Below are positions 16,602-20,406 of a DNA stretch of 20,406 nt, piece by piece. Position 1 is the stretch's first letter. The number at the start of each line of letters is the position of its first letter. Below the pieces are notes generated by a model, which had not been told where the DNA came from, did not search any database, and saw only the letters and a program-made list of their open reading frames with translations. The position numbers and the translations under genes were made by a program. The stretch lies in NCBI GenBank assembly GCA_034440375.1, contig JAWXBZ010000226.1:1-20406 (forward strand), in the 5' to 3' direction. Source of the stretch: Candidatus Eiseniibacteriota bacterium. Its GTDB lineage: Bacteria > Eisenbacteria > RBG-16-71-46 > JABDJR01 > JAWXBZ01.

Positions 16602-17896
16602 AGTTTTCCAGCGACCTCTGCATCCAGGGGTCTGCGCCCCACGTCGATTTCCGGACGGCGGTCCTTTCCGGCCTGGCGCCGGATGGCGGGCTCTATGTGC
16701 CCGAATCGCTGCCGACGATCGTCAGGGCCCCGGGGGAATGGCGTCCGCAATCACTGATCGAGGCGGGCGTTCAGCTGCTGGCTCCCTTTGTCACGGACAA
16801 GGACACGGAGGAATTGACCGGGATCCTCCGCAGCGCCTGGGACTTCCCCGCCCCGATCACCATCCTCGAACCGGGGATCCATCTCCTCGAGCTCTTCCAC
16901 GGCCCGACACTGGCCTTCAAGGATTTCGGCGCGCGATTCCTTGCCCGTTACCTCGAGCACCCGGCAAGCCCGCTCACCATCCTCGTCGCCACGAGCGGCG
17001 ATACCGGCGGCGCCGTGGCCGCGGGCTTTCACGGGGCCAGCGGCATCACCGTCTACATTCTCTACCCGGCCGGCCGCGTCAGCCCGATACAGGAAGCGCA
17101 GATGGCCACGCTCGGCGGCAACATCCGCGCCATCGAAGTCGCGGGGTCGTTCGACGATTGCCAGCGGCTGGTCAAGGCCGCGCTCGGCGACAGGGAGCTG
17201 CGTGCCACCCGCACGTTCACGACGGCCAATTCGATCAACATCGGCCGACTCCTGCCGCAGCTGGCCTACCATGGTTGGGCCGCCGGCCAGATGGATCGAC
17301 CAACCCTTGTCATCCCCAGCGGCAACTTCGGCAACCTGACCGCGGCCCTCTACGCCCGGGCCATGGGCGTTCCGATCGGGCGATGCGTGGCCGCGCTGAA
17401 CACCAATGATGTCATTCGCCGATACCTGGGCACGGGCACCTATCGCCCGGAGGTATCGTGCCCGACAATTTCCAGCGCGATGGACGTCGGAAACCCGAGC
17501 AACCTGACCCGGCTCCTTCACCTGGCCGGCGGATCCACGCAGCGGCTCGCCTCCCTGTTCGAGGCCCATTCGGTCGATGACGATGACACGCAAACTGAGA
17601 TCCGCCGCGCCTACGAGTCGGCGGGCCAGGTCATCGATCCGCACACCGCGGTGGGGGTGGCCGTGGCGCGCCGACTGCTTGCCGCGGGAGCCGGGCCACT
17701 GGTGGTGGCCGCGACAGCGCATCCGGCCAAGTTCACCACGGTCATCGAATCCGCACTGGGAATTCCCGCTTCGAGGTGGACCATTCCATCACCGGTACCG
17801 CCGGCCCTGGCCGAGGCGATTTCCAGGCCGAAACTCAGCCGGAAGCTCCCCGCCGATGAGGCGGCATTCGGCCAACTCCTGAGGACGGATCCATGA
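16598..17896 (+). CDS. thrC: Threonine synthase
   Basis: GLAPDGGLYVP, PLP-lysine motif ELFHGPTLAFKDFG, ATSGDTG, FDDCQ, ANSINIGR, PSGNFGN, DPHTA and TAHPAKF. ATG 16598 overlaps the thrB stop (ATGA). Confidence 0.97.
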   Translation: MKFSSDLCIQGSAPHVDFRTAVLSGLAPDGGLYVPESLPTIVRAPGEWRPQSLIEAGVQLLAPFVTDKDTEELTGILRSAWDFPAPITILEPGIHLLELFHGPTLAFKDFGARFLARYLEHPASPLTILVATSGDTGGAVAAGFHGASGITVYILYPAGRVSPIQEAQMATLGGNIRAIEVAGSFDDCQRLVKAALGDRELRATRTFTTANSINIGRLLPQLAYHGWAAGQMDRPTLVIPSGNFGNLTAALYARAMGVPIGRCVAALNTNDVIRRYLGTGTYRPEVSCPTISSAMDVGNPSNLTRLLHLAGGSTQRLASLFEAHSVDDDDTQTEIRRAYESAGQVIDPHTAVGVAVARRLLAAGAGPLVVAATAHPAKFTTVIESALGIPASRWTIPSPVPPALAEAISRPKLSRKLPADEAAFGQLLRTDP

Positions 17897-19251
17897 AACA
17901 GACGCTTCCCGATGACATCTCGCACGAATTTCTCTCGCGGCTTTCGCACGCCAACAGTCGGATCCAGAAACTCTTTCCCGGCGACAGGCCAGGGCGCCAA
18001 CCGGTGCACACGGTATACGGCGGCGCTCATCTCTTCCGCTACAACACCGCACCACGCCTTGGAAAAGCGGCGCTGACTCTCCTGAACGAGTACGGCGCAG
18101 AGACTCAGGATTTCGGTCTGGCACTCTCGCTCCCCCCTTCGATGGTCGAGTCGATCCACGAGCGGATCAGGGGAAAGCTGGCCCGCGAACCGGTCGAAGA
18201 TTTCCGAATCGACTTCGAGGACGGGTACGGAAATCGCTCCGACGCCGAGGAGGACGGTCACGCCATATCGGCGGCAAAGGAGGTGGCGAAGGGTCACGAG
18301 GCCGGCAGCCTTCCACCGTTCCTCGGCATCCGGATCAAACCGCTCAGCGAGGAATTGAAGGCCAGGAGCCTGCGGACGCTGGATCTCTTTCTGACCACGG
18401 TGCTCGATGAAACCGGCGGCAAGCTTCCGGCCAACTTCGTCGTCACGCTTCCCAAGATCACGAGCCCCGATCAGCCCGCCGTGCTGGCCGATGTCCTGTC
18501 GCGCCTCGAGGCCGGGCTGGCGCTTCCGGCCGGCAGCCTCGTCTTCGAGCTGATGATCGAGACGACCCAGTCGATCATCAACGAGCGGGGCGAAATCGCC
18601 ATCCGCGCCCTGATCGATACGGCTCCCGAACGGATCATCGCCGCTCATTTCGGCACCTACGATTACACGGCCTCCTGCTCGATCACCGCGGCGTGGCAAA
18701 CCATGGATCACCCGGCCTGCGACTTCGCCCGCCATGTCATGCAGGTGGCGCTGGCCGGGACGGGCATCTGGCTGTCGGACGGCGCCACCAATGTACTGCC
18801 CGTGCCTCCCCACCGGCCGCCCGAGGGGGGCACGCTCACGGCCGGGCAGGCCATGGAAAATCGTCGGGTTGTTCACGACGCGTGGCGACTTCACCACGGG
18901 CATGTACGCCGTTCGCTGGAACACGCCTATTACCAGGGATGGGATCTCCATCCAGGGCAGCTGCCGACCCGCTACGCCGCCGTCTTCGGCTTCTTCATGG
19001 AGGGGCTCGACGCCGCGGCCGAACGCCTGAGCAATTTCGTCGGCAAGGCGGCGCAGGCCACGCTGGTGGGTGACATCTTCGACGATGCCGCCACCGGCCA
19101 GGGGTTGCTCAACTACTTCCTCCGGGCCATCAACTGCGGCGCCCTGACCGAGGAGGAGGCGGTGGCGCGAACAGGCGTGTCAATCGAGGAATTTCGGGGC
19201 CGTTCCTTCGTGACCATTCTGCAGAACCGCCGGGGCGTGACGCCGGCCTAG
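17893..19251 (+). CDS. CitE/HpcH-like TIM-barrel protein of unknown function (resembles the DUF6986 family)
   Basis: RQPVHTVYGGAHLF, RIDFEDGYG, GIRIK, TLPK, MIET, HFGTYDY, LSDGATN, QGWDLHPGQL. The DFED, IET and FGxxD motifs parallel the citrate lyase beta/malyl-CoA lyase fold. The family label is from memory. Confidence 0.75.
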   Translation: MKQTLPDDISHEFLSRLSHANSRIQKLFPGDRPGRQPVHTVYGGAHLFRYNTAPRLGKAALTLLNEYGAETQDFGLALSLPPSMVESIHERIRGKLAREPVEDFRIDFEDGYGNRSDAEEDGHAISAAKEVAKGHEAGSLPPFLGIRIKPLSEELKARSLRTLDLFLTTVLDETGGKLPANFVVTLPKITSPDQPAVLADVLSRLEAGLALPAGSLVFELMIETTQSIINERGEIAIRALIDTAPERIIAAHFGTYDYTASCSITAAWQTMDHPACDFARHVMQVALAGTGIWLSDGATNVLPVPPHRPPEGGTLTAGQAMENRRVVHDAWRLHHGHVRRSLEHAYYQGWDLHPGQLPTRYAAVFGFFMEGLDAAAERLSNFVGKAAQATLVGDIFDDAATGQGLLNYFLRAINCGALTEEEAVARTGVSIEEFRGRSFVTILQNRRGVTPA

Positions 19252-20093
19252 CCGCGGCCGATCGTCGCCGTGATGAGTCCGTGAGGCTCCTCGGTGACGG
19301 CGAAGATCTCATTTCGATTCTCGAGGCCGAAACGGGCCACATCGACCGGCAGGCAGTGCTGATTGGGAAGCGACAGGCTTATCTCGCGGATTTCGGGGAT
19401 GCCGTCCAGGACGGCCTGCCCCATCGCCAGCGCGGTCGCCTGGACCGAGCGGCTGTCGTGCGCGGCAAACGTATCGACGAGGATCCGGCGGGCGGCCGTG
19501 AATTTCTCGAAGTCTTTCAATCCCGCATCCCACGACCAGTGTGCGGAAATCACGGTGCGGAAAATCCGATCGTCCGTGTCCGCCAGCGTCGTGTAGGCAT
19601 CTCGCAAGAAGCCCGAAAAGGCCGAACGGGTGGTCTTCATGACGAGAAGGCCGTCGAGGCCTCCCCAGACGCCGGCAGTGTCCCGATCGAGCCCGATGGT
19701 TGCCAGGCGACGCTCCGGTCCGACACAGACGAAGGCGTGGTCGTGCGGCGCGCCCCCGACGTCGGAAAACCGTTGCCAGGGCGTTTCCACGACTTCGATC
19801 TCGATCCGGCTTGCCTGCGGATTGCCGCCCTGGAAGTGGCGGGCCAGCTCCAGGCCGAAGGCCTCGGGAGTCGTCGCGCTCGACTCGGCGGCCCGCGCAT
19901 AGACCGTGTTCTTCATGGTATCGGTCGGAAGGATGGCCGAGTTGTCTCCCGTCCGATGGGCCGACTCGAAATCCCCCTCGAAACGGATGGCCACCATCCA
20001 CTCGAAGACTTCGTGACGCGCGCCGGTGCGTCGTACCTTGAGCAGTCGGATCCGTGACTTGCCGTACTGGTTCTGATTCAGGATGACGCTCAT
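19248..20093 (-). CDS. pucL: Factor-independent urate hydroxylase (uricase)
   Basis: YGK, GDNSAILPTDTMKNTVY, KTTRSAFSGF.RD.YTTL, DRI, SVQ, PNQH and EPHGLI motifs; GAGGA Shine-Dalgarno. Confidence 0.96.
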   Translation of the reverse strand: MSVILNQNQYGKSRIRLLKVRRTGARHEVFEWMVAIRFEGDFESAHRTGDNSAILPTDTMKNTVYARAAESSATTPEAFGLELARHFQGGNPQASRIEIEVVETPWQRFSDVGGAPHDHAFVCVGPERRLATIGLDRDTAGVWGGLDGLLVMKTTRSAFSGFLRDAYTTLADTDDRIFRTVISAHWSWDAGLKDFEKFTAARRILVDTFAAHDSRSVQATALAMGQAVLDGIPEIREISLSLPNQHCLPVDVARFGLENRNEIFAVTEEPHGLITATIGRG

Positions 20094-20102
20094 GGCTTGT
20101 CC

Positions 20103-20405
20103 TCAGCTGCCGCGGTAGGTGGAATAGCCAAACGGGGAAAGCAACAGCGGCAGGTGATAATGCCCGCCGGCTTCCGGCAGGAAGGAAACGACGACTTCGG
20201 GATGAAAGGCCGATACGCCCTGTCTCCGGAACCACTCACCCGTTTCGAAGACGAGTCGATGTGGCCGGGCCATCAGCACCTCCCCGGCTGCCAGCAGGGC
20301 CCCGATCCGGCCACCGGCATCGGTCCGTCCTTCGCCAAGCAGACGCCAGATGCCGTCGGACTCCTTCCGCTCGAGCCGGATCAGGAGCTCGACGGCCGGC
20401 CGGCC
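20103..20405 (-). CDS. uraH: 5-hydroxyisourate hydrolase (transthyretin-like); 5'-truncated by the window edge and absent from the ORF track
   Basis: Manual translation gives GRPAVELLIRLERKESDGIWRLLGEGRTDAGGRIGPLL...LVFETGEWF...FHPEVVVSF...HYHLPLLLSPFGYSTYRGS*, with the diagnostic C-terminal YRGS. Confidence 0.96.
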   Translation of the reverse strand, partial: GRPAVELLIRLERKESDGIWRLLGEGRTDAGGRIGALLAAGEVLMARPHRLVFETGEWFRRQGVSAFHPEVVVSFLPEAGGHYHLPLLLSPFGYSTYRGS

Positions 20406-20406
20406 G

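Noticed and set aside
14371-18951. Long antisense ORFs opposite thrA, thrC and the CitE-like gene (14371..15801, 16751..17722, 17611..18951)
   Set aside because: Same shadow-ORF effect; the translations have no family signatures.
1-20406. CRISPR arrays, tRNA/rRNA, IS elements, integrases, defence or phage genes
   Set aside because: No regularly spaced repeats, RNA-gene signatures or recombinase/transposase motifs were seen, and intergenic gaps are all short.

Overview
Densely coded, GC-rich bacterial chromosomal window with 18 supportable CDS, two of them truncated by the window edges. I saw no RNA gene, mobile element or CRISPR array. The left half (1-9.8 kb) is mostly envelope and lipid related: two paralogous, probably secreted, Cys-rich parallel beta-helix proteins, Lgt, a lysophospholipase-type alpha/beta hydrolase, an ArnT/PMT-like (GT-C) glycosyltransferase, a histidine phosphatase, a signal-peptide-bearing degenerate YyaL/SPATA20-like protein, a DAG-kinase-family lipid kinase, a nitroreductase and a rhomboid protease with a GYF_2-like N-terminus. 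The middle carries a two-Cys fRMsr/MsrC-like GAF protein translationally coupled to a hybrid histidine kinase with a Cys-rich PAS domain. The right half has thrA-thrB-thrC coupled to a CitE/HpcH-fold protein of unknown function, which converges on urate oxidase and HIU hydrolase; the HIU hydrolase is missing from the ORF track. Best leads: (i) a C-terminal 'TAVxPTTWxxIK' tail that looks like an uncharacterised protein-sorting signal, (ii) the fRMsr plus Cys-PAS kinase pair as a candidate redox or methionine-sulfoxide sensing module, (iii) the orphan CitE-like enzyme between the thr and urate-catabolism genes, and (iv) several apparently leaderless genes. From recollection, the beta-helix style and C-terminal tail suggest a Ca. 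Eisenbacteria/Krumholzibacteriota-like host; this is unverified inference.
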